From: Escherichia phage MIZ6
Direction: 5' to 3' (one strand)
Length of the DNA: 64,000 nucleotides
Sequence record: OR192075.1
Part shown: piece by piece, positions 1 to 8,691 of the stretch
Position numbering within the stretch: the stretch's first letter is position 1
How the letters are laid out: each line of letters begins with the position of its first letter
Notes under the pieces: generated by a model
Databases searched by the model: none
Told to the model about the DNA's origin: nothing
The model's input: only the letters and a program-made list of their open reading frames with translations
Translations under genes and position numbers: made by a program

Positions 1-1163
1 TTGTTAATGCCCGTGATGGCGTTATTATGGCGTATATTGACACCACAACGGGCGAATTTAAGTCTAAAGGGACTATCGAAGGGACAACCATTAAAGACAC
101 AGGTCAACGCGTCTATAGCCCTGTTAATAAACCAACGAATAATGATTTAGATTTGGTGTCTCGTCGCGGTGATACCCTCACAGGAACATATAATTTAAAC
201 ACCGTCACTGTTAAACTATCGGTTGATTCGAAATTAATTGCAAGGGAACGTGATTTAATTAATTTTGATGCGACTAAGATCTATTATGGTAACGTTCTTG
301 ATACGTTGGTCTTCCGAAGTAAAGATGAGCCTACCATTTTTGTTAATGGCAAAGAAGGTCGTTTTTATCACACCAACAATAAACCAACTAAAGCCGATGT
401 TGGACTAGGCAATGTCACCAATGATGCACAGGTTAAACGTGCTGGTGATATTATGGAAGGTAACTTGCAAGCGCCTAGAATGTTGGCGACAAACGATCCT
501 GCTGGTCCGAATGAATTGGTTCGTTTGAGCTACTTTGAGAGAAAATCAATGGTAGCAAATCCAACCATCATAGGAAACGTTGATTGGAACACTCTTATTA
601 ATCGCGGTATCTATCGTGTGGAAAATGCTGGGTCGGGTACTAATAAACCGTCTGATAGCTATTATAACGGCGTTTTGATGGTATATCGCCCAGAAGATGC
701 GGTCGGTACTCGTCGAATTGTTCAGGTGTATTATCCTGAATCTATTGACCATCCGATGTGCTGGCGTTCTTGTTCTAATGAATCATGGACTGCATGGAAC
801 TATGTAGATCACCGTAAATTAGCCGATATTCGCTATGTTAACGTAACTGGCGATACCATGACAGGACCGTTAACTGTTCCGGCTGCAAACGGTGTTAGAA
901 CGGCTAAAACTAACTATAACGGGGATAACTGTTATGCGGCGTTAAGCGGTGCTGATGGTACTGCTATGATTCACCGCATTAGTGATATTAAAGGGACCGA
1001 AAAGCTGGGGATCACCCACGACTCAAAGGTCGTGTTTTTCCGTTCTAGAAACAATACTCAAACCGTGGACCGCTATCAGCTTTATCATGAAGGTAATAAA
1101 CCTACTCCGGCTGATGTTGGAGCGGTTCCACTTAATGCGGTGATTGATTTTGGTACTTTCTAA
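1..1163 (+). CDS. Tail fiber protein, C-terminal portion (5' end lies upstream of window); possibly gp36-like long tail fiber subunit
   Basis: Track ORF 27..1163 stays open in frame back to base 3 and has no SD before ATG-27; tail-fiber motifs GDTMTG and HEGNKPTxADVG shared with the next gene. Confidence 0.55.
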   Translation, partial: VNARDGVIMAYIDTTTGEFKSKGTIEGTTIKDTGQRVYSPVNKPTNNDLDLVSRRGDTLTGTYNLNTVTVKLSVDSKLIARERDLINFDATKIYYGNVLDTLVFRSKDEPTIFVNGKEGRFYHTNNKPTKADVGLGNVTNDAQVKRAGDIMEGNLQAPRMLATNDPAGPNELVRLSYFERKSMVANPTIIGNVDWNTLINRGIYRVENAGSGTNKPSDSYYNGVLMVYRPEDAVGTRRIVQVYYPESIDHPMCWRSCSNESWTAWNYVDHRKLADIRYVNVTGDTMTGPLTVPAANGVRTAKTNYNGDNCYAALSGADGTAMIHRISDIKGTEKLGITHDSKVVFFRSRNNTQTVDRYQLYHEGNKPTPADVGAVPLNAVIDFGTF

Positions 1164-1167
1164 TTTT

Positions 1168-1193
1168 AGCGGGGATTATCTCCCCGCTTTTCT
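1168..1193 (+). terminator. Intrinsic terminator after first fiber gene
   Basis: GC hairpin agcggggattatctccccgct followed by tttct. Confidence 0.5.
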
Positions 1194-1199
1194 AAATAA
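1192..1199 (+). promoter_or_regulatory. Candidate late promoter element (CTAAATAA, variant of T4 late TATAAATA)
   Basis: Same octamer sits ~35 nt upstream of both the gp37 ATG and the holin ATG. Confidence 0.25.
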
Positions 1200-1233
1200 T
1201 ATTATTCTAATAACCGTTTAAGGATTTTATAAA

Positions 1234-3990
1234 ATGGCAGATTTAAGCAGAATCCAATTTAAACGCACTAGCACTAAAGGTCGTAAACCTGATGCTAGTG
1301 CGATGAATCCGGGGGAATTGGCAATCAACCTTGCGGATCAATATCTTCTTACTAAAAATGATTCCGGTGCTATTATCAATTTAAGTTGTCCTCCGGTGTA
1401 TGACCGACAAGTTAGATTCGCTGGTAAGGTTGACGGTGACAACTATATTTTAGGTAAAACTGCTAACTATATGGATGATTCAACCGCTCGCGACCTTAAC
1501 AAATTTGGTGCGTTTCGAACGAATAATGCTGATGGATGGTCTAACTTGATTCTGAACATTCCTCATTCTAGCGGTAAAGCACACGGTCGCGGGTTTGAAT
1601 TTCAATATGGTTCTAGTTCCTCTCAGGTTAAAACCTATGGCTTTGATCAGGATGGTAACAAGAGATTCAGTTACCGCATGTATCATGAAGGCGATAAACC
1701 TACACCATCGGAATTGAACGTTTACAGCAAACAAGAAGTAGATAGAATGTTTGTTAAAAACGTTAAAATGTCTACTCCTCCCGATGTAAGTCGAGGATAT
1801 TTCAAAATTGCTACCGCCATGATCCCCCAGCAAGGAAAAATGGCATTTATTCGTATCTATGGTGGTAATGGATATAACGTTAACTCTATGGATCAAGTTG
1901 ACTTTGTAGAAATCGTGATTCGTGGTGGGAATGGAAATCCTAAAGGTGTTAGTATTGCAGCATATCGACGAAATGCTTTAAATCAGCTTGAAGTATTTGC
2001 TATTAATACATCTGGTGATAACTATGATATCTATGTAAAATATGGTCGATACACCGATAACGTTATTGTAGAATTTGGAAAAACGGTCGATGTTAATTTA
2101 ACTGTTCATGATGTTCCGGCTTTTTCGGAAGCAAAACCTGCTGGTACTACCTTTGAAGGTCGTGTTATTACGATGTTCAACACCGAAAACAAAGCCGGAA
2201 CGTTGATGTTTGATAATAACTCACAAGCAACCTATGATATTGTGAGCCTTAGCAATGCACCTGATAATAGCCGAAATTATCTGCGTAAATTCCGTAGCAA
2301 AGCGAATGAAACAATATGGCATGAAACTGTTCAAGGTGATGTGTATCGTCTGGCTACTGGTTCCACCGACCAAAAAGAAGTATTAAAAATTGTTGGTAGT
2401 GATGGTTTATTTGTCAATAGACTTCATCTGCAAGGCAATAACGCGATTCGTATGTGGCGTCCTACTGGTTGTAGTAACTATTTTGAATATATGGATCAGC
2501 GAGACGGGGCTAATAAACGTCAAGGCTGGTTTGGTTTTGGTTCTACAGAAACCAACGATTTTCAATGGTATAGTGACGAAGGTAAAAACTTTGTTAAGCT
2601 AGAAGCAAGTGGTCAAGTATCTTTAAGCGCAGGTGCAACCAAAATTGTATACACTAATGGTCAATATGTAGCTGCCAATTCTGATGCATACCGTATGATC
2701 TTTGGTAATTATGGTGCATTCTGGCGTAATGACGGCACTAAAGTTTATCTTCTTTCTACTGCCGAAAATGATCGTTTTGGTGGATGGAATAGCTATCGTC
2801 CATTCATTTATGATTTAACTTCCGGTAACGTTCAATTAGGCGGTGATGGTAACGAAGATGCATTAACGTTAGAATGTGCTTCTCGTGCCGCTCGCTTTAG
2901 TAATGACGTTTACATTAAGAAAGGGCTTTTGACTTTCGACGCTGGGCGATTAAATTCCCGCGATTACTTCCGGTTTAACCATTGGGGCGATAGCAATAAC
3001 GGTCGCGATAACATCCTACAGATTGAAGACAGTCAGGGCGCACATTTTATCACTGAACGTGCTATGGGTACTGGTAACATAACAACACGTTTTAGAGGCT
3101 TTGTACGTGTAGAATCTGGTGAAATTGCATTTGATGCTAACCGTGGTTCTTCTTCGCAATTTAGTCTCCATACATGGGGTAATGAATCACGAAAACAAGT
3201 TTTTGAATGTAAGGATGCAACAAGTTATCATTGGTATACCGAACGTACTGCGGGTGGCACTGGTCCGGTTAAGTTCTCTGTTGCAGGTTCTTTCTATAGC
3301 GGAAGCGATGTTAACGTAGGCGGTAGTCTGAATTTTGGTAATGCTATTCAACGCGGCGCTAGCGTCATTACTATAGATTCTGGTTCTGCGGGTGCTGGTT
3401 CTTTTGCATCTCAACATGATGATAACGTCAAAGCACCTATTTTCCAACGTTTAGACCGTGGTGATGCGTCTATATATGTTCCTTTGATTAAGCAACGTTA
3501 TGTTCAAGGTGCAGTAACATTCTCGTTGGGTATGCTTCTTAACGAAGGTTCATGGCGAGTTCATGTTAAAGGTTCTGGTGTTGAATCTAATACTACCTTC
3601 TATAAAAACGGCGATTTCCAAGCTGGACGCAATGGTAACTTTAACGACGTTTACATTCGCTCTGACTCTCGCCTGAAAATCAACAAGGAAGAGTATAAAG
3701 AGAATGCTACCGATAAAGTAAATAATCTTAAGGTATATTCCTACGATAAGGTTAAATCTTTAACCGACCGTACTGTAATCGCTCATGAAGTTGGTATTAT
3801 TGCTCAGGATCTTGAAAAAGAATTGCCGGAAGCAGTAACAACTTCTAACATCGGCGACCCAGATAACCCAGAAGAGATCTTAACAATTTCTAACTCTGCT
3901 GTCAACGCTCTTTTAATTAAGGCGTTTCAGGAAATGAGCGAAGAATTGAAAGCCGTTAAAGCTGAACTAGCGGAACTTAAAAAGAATTAA
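1234..3990 (+). CDS. 37: Long tail fiber distal subunit gp37-like, with C-terminal intramolecular chaperone (peptidase S74-like) domain
   Basis: N-terminus MADLSRIQFKRTSTKGRKPDASAMNPGELAINL matches T4 gp37 N-terminus; conserved AGAGSFASQ..YVPLIKQRYVQG block; C-terminal ~130 aa resemble the autoproteolytic chaperone domain of T5 pb1 / endosialidase. Confidence 0.8.
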   Translation: MADLSRIQFKRTSTKGRKPDASAMNPGELAINLADQYLLTKNDSGAIINLSCPPVYDRQVRFAGKVDGDNYILGKTANYMDDSTARDLNKFGAFRTNNADGWSNLILNIPHSSGKAHGRGFEFQYGSSSSQVKTYGFDQDGNKRFSYRMYHEGDKPTPSELNVYSKQEVDRMFVKNVKMSTPPDVSRGYFKIATAMIPQQGKMAFIRIYGGNGYNVNSMDQVDFVEIVIRGGNGNPKGVSIAAYRRNALNQLEVFAINTSGDNYDIYVKYGRYTDNVIVEFGKTVDVNLTVHDVPAFSEAKPAGTTFEGRVITMFNTENKAGTLMFDNNSQATYDIVSLSNAPDNSRNYLRKFRSKANETIWHETVQGDVYRLATGSTDQKEVLKIVGSDGLFVNRLHLQGNNAIRMWRPTGCSNYFEYMDQRDGANKRQGWFGFGSTETNDFQWYSDEGKNFVKLEASGQVSLSAGATKIVYTNGQYVAANSDAYRMIFGNYGAFWRNDGTKVYLLSTAENDRFGGWNSYRPFIYDLTSGNVQLGGDGNEDALTLECASRAARFSNDVYIKKGLLTFDAGRLNSRDYFRFNHWGDSNNGRDNILQIEDSQGAHFITERAMGTGNITTRFRGFVRVESGEIAFDANRGSSSQFSLHTWGNESRKQVFECKDATSYHWYTERTAGGTGPVKFSVAGSFYSGSDVNVGGSLNFGNAIQRGASVITIDSGSAGAGSFASQHDDNVKAPIFQRLDRGDASIYVPLIKQRYVQGAVTFSLGMLLNEGSWRVHVKGSGVESNTTFYKNGDFQAGRNGNFNDVYIRSDSRLKINKEEYKENATDKVNNLKVYSYDKVKSLTDRTVIAHEVGIIAQDLEKELPEAVTTSNIGDPDNPEEILTISNSAVNALLIKAFQEMSEELKAVKAELAELKKN

Positions 3991-4030
3991 GGAAACTCCC
4001 AGGGAAGGGAACTACTAAGGAGAAACGGCT

Positions 4031-4270
4031 ATGGTCTATAATATCGTCATTGGCGCTTTGTCTAATTTCGGAATGAAATTATTGTCAAAGTTAATTAGTG
4101 AAAAGATGCTCACTAAAATTTTCTTCTATTGCGCTCGTCGTCTTGCGGCTTATACCAATACGCCAATTGATGATCGTTTTGTGGAAGAACTTTATAAGGA
4201 GTTTAATAAAGATCAGTCAGAAGATAGTAACGAGCAAGATAAATCTAGTGATAGTCAACTACCTAAATAA
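4031..4270 (+). CDS. Hypothetical small protein (79 aa), hydrophobic N-terminus, acidic C-terminus
   Basis: Strong SD AAGGAG 8 nt before ATG; sits between gp37 and holin. Confidence 0.4.
   Translation: MVYNIVIGALSNFGMKLLSKLISEKMLTKIFFYCARRLAAYTNTPIDDRFVEELYKEFNKDQSEDSNEQDKSSDSQLPK
4263..4270 (+). promoter_or_regulatory. Candidate late promoter element (CTAAATAA) upstream of holin
   Basis: Octamer 34 nt upstream of holin ATG, same spacing as upstream of gp37. Confidence 0.25.
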
Positions 4271-4303
4271 GAGTACACTGTCATAGTTATCTTAGGGCAT
4301 TAT

Positions 4304-4960
4304 ATGCAAGTTTCTGAAAAAGGGAAAGACTTTGCTATCTCAAATGTCCTGCGCGCTATTTTCACAACTAAAAGCACGGAGTTGCTCGTACTTCGTGTTT
4401 TTGCTGCCGTCGTGTTGTCCATATTGGCATTTGTCGTTTATAGTAAAAACGAGTTATTTGCGCTTTATAAAGAGACTCGTTATGAGACTTATGCTCACAT
4501 TCTCCAGGTAGAGAAAGACCGCAATTTTGATAATGCAGCACAGGAGCAGTTACAGATAGTTCATGTGTCGGCTGATGCCGATTTTTCTGCTGTTTTTAGT
4601 TTTCGTCCGAAAAACCTAAACTATTTTGTTGATTTGGTGGCATATGAAGGAAAGCTACCACACACAATCGATGAAAAAAATTTAGGCGGATTCCCTATCA
4701 ATAAAACGAGTGAAGAATATCGTAGGCATCTTTTAGGTAAATCATATTTTACCGATAAAGATTTCCAGTATATTCCATCAAGAGAAAAGAAATTAGAGAA
4801 TATCGATATAGGTTTCATGTATTCTTGTCCTATATTCAATCTCGATAATGTCTATTCTGGTAGTATCGCCATTTCATGGAAGAATAAACCGGATATTGAC
4901 ATTGAGAATTTAGATACTCTTTGCAATCAATCTGCCAGAATCCTCGGAAGGATTAGATAA
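4304..4960 (+). CDS. t: Holin T
   Basis: 218 aa; strong similarity to T4 holin t (YETY, QLQIVH, FSAVFSFRPKNLNYFVD, ARILGR motifs); ATG start. Confidence 0.9.
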   Translation: MQVSEKGKDFAISNVLRAIFTTKSTELLVLRVFAAVVLSILAFVVYSKNELFALYKETRYETYAHILQVEKDRNFDNAAQEQLQIVHVSADADFSAVFSFRPKNLNYFVDLVAYEGKLPHTIDEKNLGGFPINKTSEEYRRHLLGKSYFTDKDFQYIPSREKKLENIDIGFMYSCPIFNLDNVYSGSIAISWKNKPDIDIENLDTLCNQSARILGRIR

Positions 4961-4963
4961 CTT

Positions 4964-4998
4964 AAAGGGGAAGCCTTTCGGCCTCCCCTTCTTTTTAT
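4964..4998 (+). terminator. Intrinsic terminator after holin
   Basis: Hairpin aggggaagcctttcggcctcccct followed by tctttttatt. Confidence 0.5.
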
Positions 4999-5243
4999 TG
5001 GCGCATAGACGCGCCTGAATCGCATTTTGACGCTGTATGATGAAAACAGGTAGCGTACCAGTCATCGGCTTGTTTGTCTTCGTCAGAAAACGCGTAATTT
5101 CGTTGTACGCCGTTTTCTACTTTGACCAGTGCGATAGCTGTTTCTGGAAGATCAATCAATCGGACAAAATCACCATCTTCCCACTCTACACGAGCAATAT
5201 CATAGCCCATCTCAAAGTATACAATCGCTTGTTCTAATTTCAT
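4995..5243 (-). CDS. Hypothetical protein (82 aa)
   Basis: ATG overlaps stop of upstream gene (ATGA coupling). Confidence 0.4.
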   Translation of the reverse strand: MKLEQAIVYFEMGYDIARVEWEDGDFVRLIDLPETAIALVKVENGVQRNYAFSDEDKQADDWYATCFHHTASKCDSGASMRQ

Positions 5244-5569
5244 TCTGGAAACTTCCCGTAAACATTCTCTGCCAGCTTACGTGCGTCTTTTACAATATCT
5301 TTCATGTAATGACTATAATTTTTAGCTAGATCAATGATGCAATCAACAAAGAAGTAATAGCGTCGCAGTGCTACCATCTCAACATCTTCAAGATGACCAT
5401 TTTCTCCAATCTCTGAAATATGTTTAAATTCCTTTCGGATCGCGTCCATCGCGACATTAACTTCTTTTATAATATCTTTCGTATTATATGCACCTCGACT
5501 AATCAAAATTTTGGTTATGTCCTCTGCTTTTTCGTGAAAGTTGTCAATTTCAAACTCGATCATAATCAC
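5240..5569 (-). CDS. Hypothetical protein (109 aa)
   Basis: Track ORF; shares C-terminal pattern with ORF 5678..6010 (possible paralogs). Confidence 0.45.
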   Translation of the reverse strand: MIMIEFEIDNFHEKAEDITKILISRGAYNTKDIIKEVNVAMDAIRKEFKHISEIGENGHLEDVEMVALRRYYFFVDCIIDLAKNYSHYMKDIVKDARKLAENVYGKFPE

Positions 5570-5677
5570 CTCTCATAATTTCACGCTGTTGTGTCAACAT
5601 TTTTTCGTGGTTTGCTAATTCTATACCTTGTAATAGCATAACCAGTGCAATTTTCAATGATTCATCATCTTTCATAA

Positions 5678-6010
5678 TCAAAATTTATCGAAAATATTCT
5701 CTGTCATAATTCTTGCTTCGTCGATTATTTTCGTCATGTTCATGGTGTAGTTATGATCATTTAGTGCTTTAATGACAACGAGCAAGGAATCTAAAAACAC
5801 TCGATACCGGGTATATTCTACGCTATTTGTGAATACCGATGTTTTCTCTACTTTATCGATCAGATAGCCTAAAACCGATAGCGCCTCGTTTACTTCCCTT
5901 GTTACTTTATCGGCGCTAAACAACACCGGATAAAGACGCGGTGTGATTAACCGCGCTGCCTCTTTCAATTCGGTCGCTTTCCAGGATTCATATTTGTCAT
6001 AGTTAAACAT
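5678..6010 (-). CDS. Hypothetical protein (110 aa)
   Basis: Track ORF; possible paralog of 5240..5569. Confidence 0.45.
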   Translation of the reverse strand: MFNYDKYESWKATELKEAARLITPRLYPVLFSADKVTREVNEALSVLGYLIDKVEKTSVFTNSVEYTRYRVFLDSLLVVIKALNDHNYTMNMTKIIDEARIMTENIFDKF

Positions 6011-6022
6011 TGTATAATCTCC

Positions 6023-6355
6023 TTACAGATGAAAACCTGTTACGATCACCGCATCGATCGTACCGCTAGGAATAAACGGTTCGCCCTCTTTTATTTCAAC
6101 TTTGAATTGATGCCATTTCGCTAATACTTCTTCCGGTACACCCAGCGATTCGGCGTCTGCTTTAGTTTCATCCATAATCCAACTAGGCTGCATGAGAGCA
6201 TAGTTTACATAGTCCATTTCTGGGGTCATGTCATCAATGTTAATATATTTGCAGTTGACGCGTTTCAGAATTTCAAATTCTTTATTGTCAACCTGTACCA
6301 TGTATAATTCAGTAGTTTCTGGAATCAGTTCCCAAACAATCAGTACATTTTTCAT
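6023..6355 (-). CDS. Hypothetical protein (110 aa)
   Basis: Track ORF in minus-strand early gene array. Confidence 0.45.
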   Translation of the reverse strand: MKNVLIVWELIPETTELYMVQVDNKEFEILKRVNCKYINIDDMTPEMDYVNYALMQPSWIMDETKADAESLGVPEEVLAKWHQFKVEIKEGEPFIPSGTIDAVIVTGFHL

Positions 6356-6363
6356 AGTTCACC

Positions 6364-6732
6364 TCACTTAACAAAGATTTTCTTTAATGCTTTCAGGATC
6401 GTTGCTTCCGGCGCTTCTTCCGGTGGAGGAAGCAATTCTACCACTTCCTCTTCCAACTCGATATAGTCTACCAGATATTCTACATAGAATGCAAGTGCTT
6501 CCATGAAATTAGATGCTACATCCGATTCACCACACGCACCTACATGCATTGTATAAACACCACTGCGATCAAGTTTGTGGATGCTTCCCAGATAGTTCCG
6601 GTTATACCAGACTTCCCACACTTTCAGCTTTCCAGTTTTTGTTGCTGTTTTATAATCGGTTTCGTAATGATGCAATTGACGTTGCAAATCATTGATAATA
6701 ACACATTTTTCGTAATTGTTTTGAATTTCCAT
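6364..6732 (-). CDS. Hypothetical protein (122 aa)
   Basis: Track ORF, tightly packed with neighbours. Confidence 0.45.
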   Translation of the reverse strand: MEIQNNYEKCVIINDLQRQLHHYETDYKTATKTGKLKVWEVWYNRNYLGSIHKLDRSGVYTMHVGACGESDVASNFMEALAFYVEYLVDYIELEEEVVELLPPPEEAPEATILKALKKIFVK

Positions 6733-6742
6733 GATGTAATCC

Positions 6743-6934
6743 TCACTTATCGTTAAGAAGTTCTAAAACTTTCTGTCGTACTTTGTCAATATTGGTTGAT
6801 TCAAAAACTGTACGGTATCCCCAGCTTTGACCGTATGAGCGCGAGCAATCCCCATAACCCCATTGTTCAACCTGATAATATTCAAGGAATGGGTGCTGCC
6901 GAACTATGATACCATCGCGATTAAAAATTACCAT
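6743..6934 (-). CDS. Hypothetical protein (63 aa)
   Basis: ATG preceded by conserved GAGGATTATATT initiation region. Confidence 0.4.
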   Translation of the reverse strand: MVIFNRDGIIVRQHPFLEYYQVEQWGYGDCSRSYGQSWGYRTVFESTNIDKVRQKVLELLNDK

Positions 6935-6957
6935 AATATAATCCTCACGTCAACAAC

Positions 6958-7236
6958 TTATTTTCGGTTGTACTTCTGCCACTTTCGGTAATACTGCTTG
7001 TAATATTGTTTAATGTTTGGTGGTTCGTCACTATACATGTTATCAACCATCATGTCAATAAGACCTTCCGGTGTTTGATAGTTACCCGCTCGAATGAGTT
7101 CCTTAATCAAAAGATCTTGTGTCGCTTTATACTTGACAATAACAACTGTCTTTTCTGCCTTTCCAATTCCGATCCGGTCGTTAGCTCTCATAGCATCCCA
7201 CCAATCTTTTTTAAACTTCATGTTGTTAAATTTCAT
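6958..7236 (-). CDS. Hypothetical basic protein (92 aa)
   Basis: Track ORF. Confidence 0.4.
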   Translation of the reverse strand: MKFNNMKFKKDWWDAMRANDRIGIGKAEKTVVIVKYKATQDLLIKELIRAGNYQTPEGLIDMMVDNMYSDEPPNIKQYYKQYYRKWQKYNRK

Positions 7237-7239
7237 AAT

Positions 7240-8040
7240 TTAACCCTTCTTATATTCGCAAACATATTGAGTACCATAATCATAGCTAATGCGACCTTTC
7301 TCGATGACTTCAAAGCGGATTTCATCGTTTTCCCCTACCCACATTTTGTACTCGTTGAAGTATCCTGCTACATCCGGTTTGCTCATACCAACAACCATAT
7401 TTTTATATTGTTTGCTGCGTGTCAGATTTGATTTAAACACTTCGCGCTCATCAACATATACGAAAGAAGACAATTCACCTTCGGTCATGGTCATTTTCAG
7501 CTTGCCGCCCTTGTTGCCATAAGTAGAGTTGCCATACAATGGATCTTTGCGGCTGTCTGTTTCAATACCATCAATGATTTTCCATGTAAATTTTGCAATG
7601 CACTGATAAGTGATAGATCCAGAGATTTTCTCTTCTTTCTTCTGTTCTTCCACCACTTTTTCTTCCTGTTTCGGTTGTTCTTCTTCAACCTTCGCAGAAG
7701 TCTCTGAATCGCTTTCTGACTCGGTTTCTTCTTTAGGTAATACATTCATCAAGTTTTGGATTTGAGCGTTGTATACAGCCTCCAGTGGCTGGATCTGTCC
7801 GATATTGATCATTGTATCACGAACAGTTTTATTCCAGTTGCGTTGCTCTTGTTTCAGAGACGGATCAATCTTAACAGCCTTAACATACACCTCATGAAGT
7901 TTCGAATCCAGTGCGGAGATTGACTCATTAGCACAAATAAACTTCTCTGATTTGGTAGTGGCTTTAGCGCAATCAAAGGACGCAGCATTAGCACCGAAAG
8001 CAGTAGCGGAAAGAACGATCGCAGCGATAATGTTTTTCAT
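7240..8040 (-). CDS. Secreted protein with DUF1311 / LprI-like (lysozyme-inhibitor family) N-terminal domain
   Basis: Signal peptide MKNIIAAIVLSATAFGANA; FDCAKATT..EKFIC..LDSKLHEVY motif typical of DUF1311; acidic linker; SD GAGGAA; own promoter. Confidence 0.6.
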   Translation of the reverse strand: MKNIIAAIVLSATAFGANAASFDCAKATTKSEKFICANESISALDSKLHEVYVKAVKIDPSLKQEQRNWNKTVRDTMINIGQIQPLEAVYNAQIQNLMNVLPKEETESESDSETSAKVEEEQPKQEEKVVEEQKKEEKISGSITYQCIAKFTWKIIDGIETDSRKDPLYGNSTYGNKGGKLKMTMTEGELSSFVYVDEREVFKSNLTRSKQYKNMVVGMSKPDVAGYFNEYKMWVGENDEIRFEVIEKGRISYDYGTQYVCEYKKG

Positions 8041-8074
8041 AATATATTCCTCAATGTTTTGTCTTGATGGGAGT

Positions 8075-8103
8075 ATCTTACTACTCCCTTAATCCGGTGT
8101 CAA
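8075..8103 (-). promoter_or_regulatory. sigma70-like early promoter (TTGACA-17-TAAGAT) embedded in GGGAGTA..TACTCCC palindrome
   Basis: Minus-strand reading of tgtcaa (8098-8103) and atctta (8075-8080); palindrome 8069-8088. Confidence 0.4.
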
Positions 8104-8114
8104 CTACTTTTAAA

Positions 8115-8414
8115 TTATTTTCGCCATTCACCGGAAACAATAAAGTTTGTAAAGTGATCGTGGTCCGTGATAACGTCATTAAGTACCATATGTGGATACA
8201 CTTTAGTGATAATTTTACTAAGTACCATATGCGGATATGCTTTAGTGTAATCACGTTTACGATCAGTCATCCAGCCAACGAAAGTTGGTGCAAAGTACGG
8301 TACACCGTCAGACGATGCCATATTAAACCCTTTATCAACCATAAATGCAGCCGCCCTAAGATTTTTAATTGAAGTAGTGCGACTAATTTCAAAAACTTTA
8401 TCGGTAAAATTCAT
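8115..8414 (-). CDS. Hypothetical protein with internal tandem repeat
   Basis: Start moved to internal ATG (MNFTDK); contains KAYPHMVL / KVYPHMVL duplicated segment. Confidence 0.4.
   Translation of the reverse strand: MNFTDKVFEISRTTSIKNLRAAAFMVDKGFNMASSDGVPYFAPTFVGWMTDRKRDYTKAYPHMVLSKIITKVYPHMVLNDVITDHDHFTNFIVSGEWRK
8181..8251. repeat. Direct tandem repeat (~33 bp units, ~39 bp period) inside ORF 8115..8414
   Basis: aagtaccatatgtggatacactttagtgataat repeated as aagtaccatatgcggatatgctttagtgtaat. Confidence 0.5.
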
Positions 8415-8415
8415 T

Positions 8416-8625
8416 TTAAGCCCCCGCTCGTGCATTAATACGCATTTTCTGCATAGCCATGATCTGGTTTACTGCTTCTTCTTTACGTTCTTGCGTGATA
8501 ACGTGACCAGATTCCGCAAACTCTCCCGCAACTTCTTCTACGATCTCGCGAACTTGAGAACGTCCAAAGATGCGGTTTCCTTCGTAGCTCATAAACTCGG
8601 TTACTACTTGCTCGATAGATTTCAT
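8416..8625 (-). CDS. Hypothetical protein (69 aa)
   Basis: SD AAGGAG; own promoter upstream. Confidence 0.45.
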   Translation of the reverse strand: MKSIEQVVTEFMSYEGNRIFGRSQVREIVEEVAGEFAESGHVITQERKEEAVNQIMAMQKMRINARAGA

Positions 8626-8655
8626 GTGATTCTCCTTTCGTTTCGGTGTGGGAGT

Positions 8656-8684
8656 ATGTTAATACTCCCATTTCTTTACGTCAA
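8656..8684 (-). promoter_or_regulatory. sigma70-like promoter (TTGACG-17-TAACAT) with GGGAGTA..TACTCCC palindrome
   Basis: Palindrome gggagtatgttaatactccc at 8650-8669 overlaps -10. Confidence 0.35.
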
Positions 8685-8691
8685 CCAGTTT

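Noticed and set aside
5240-6010. ORFs 5240..5569 or 5678..6010 as AsiA (anti-sigma) homologs
   Set aside because: Size is roughly right but I could not align them to T4 AsiA; left as hypothetical.
8483-8671. Alternative minus-strand ORF 8483..8671 overlapping 8416..8625
   Set aside because: Different frame across the same DNA; 8416..8625 has the promoter and AAGGAG SD, the other has neither.
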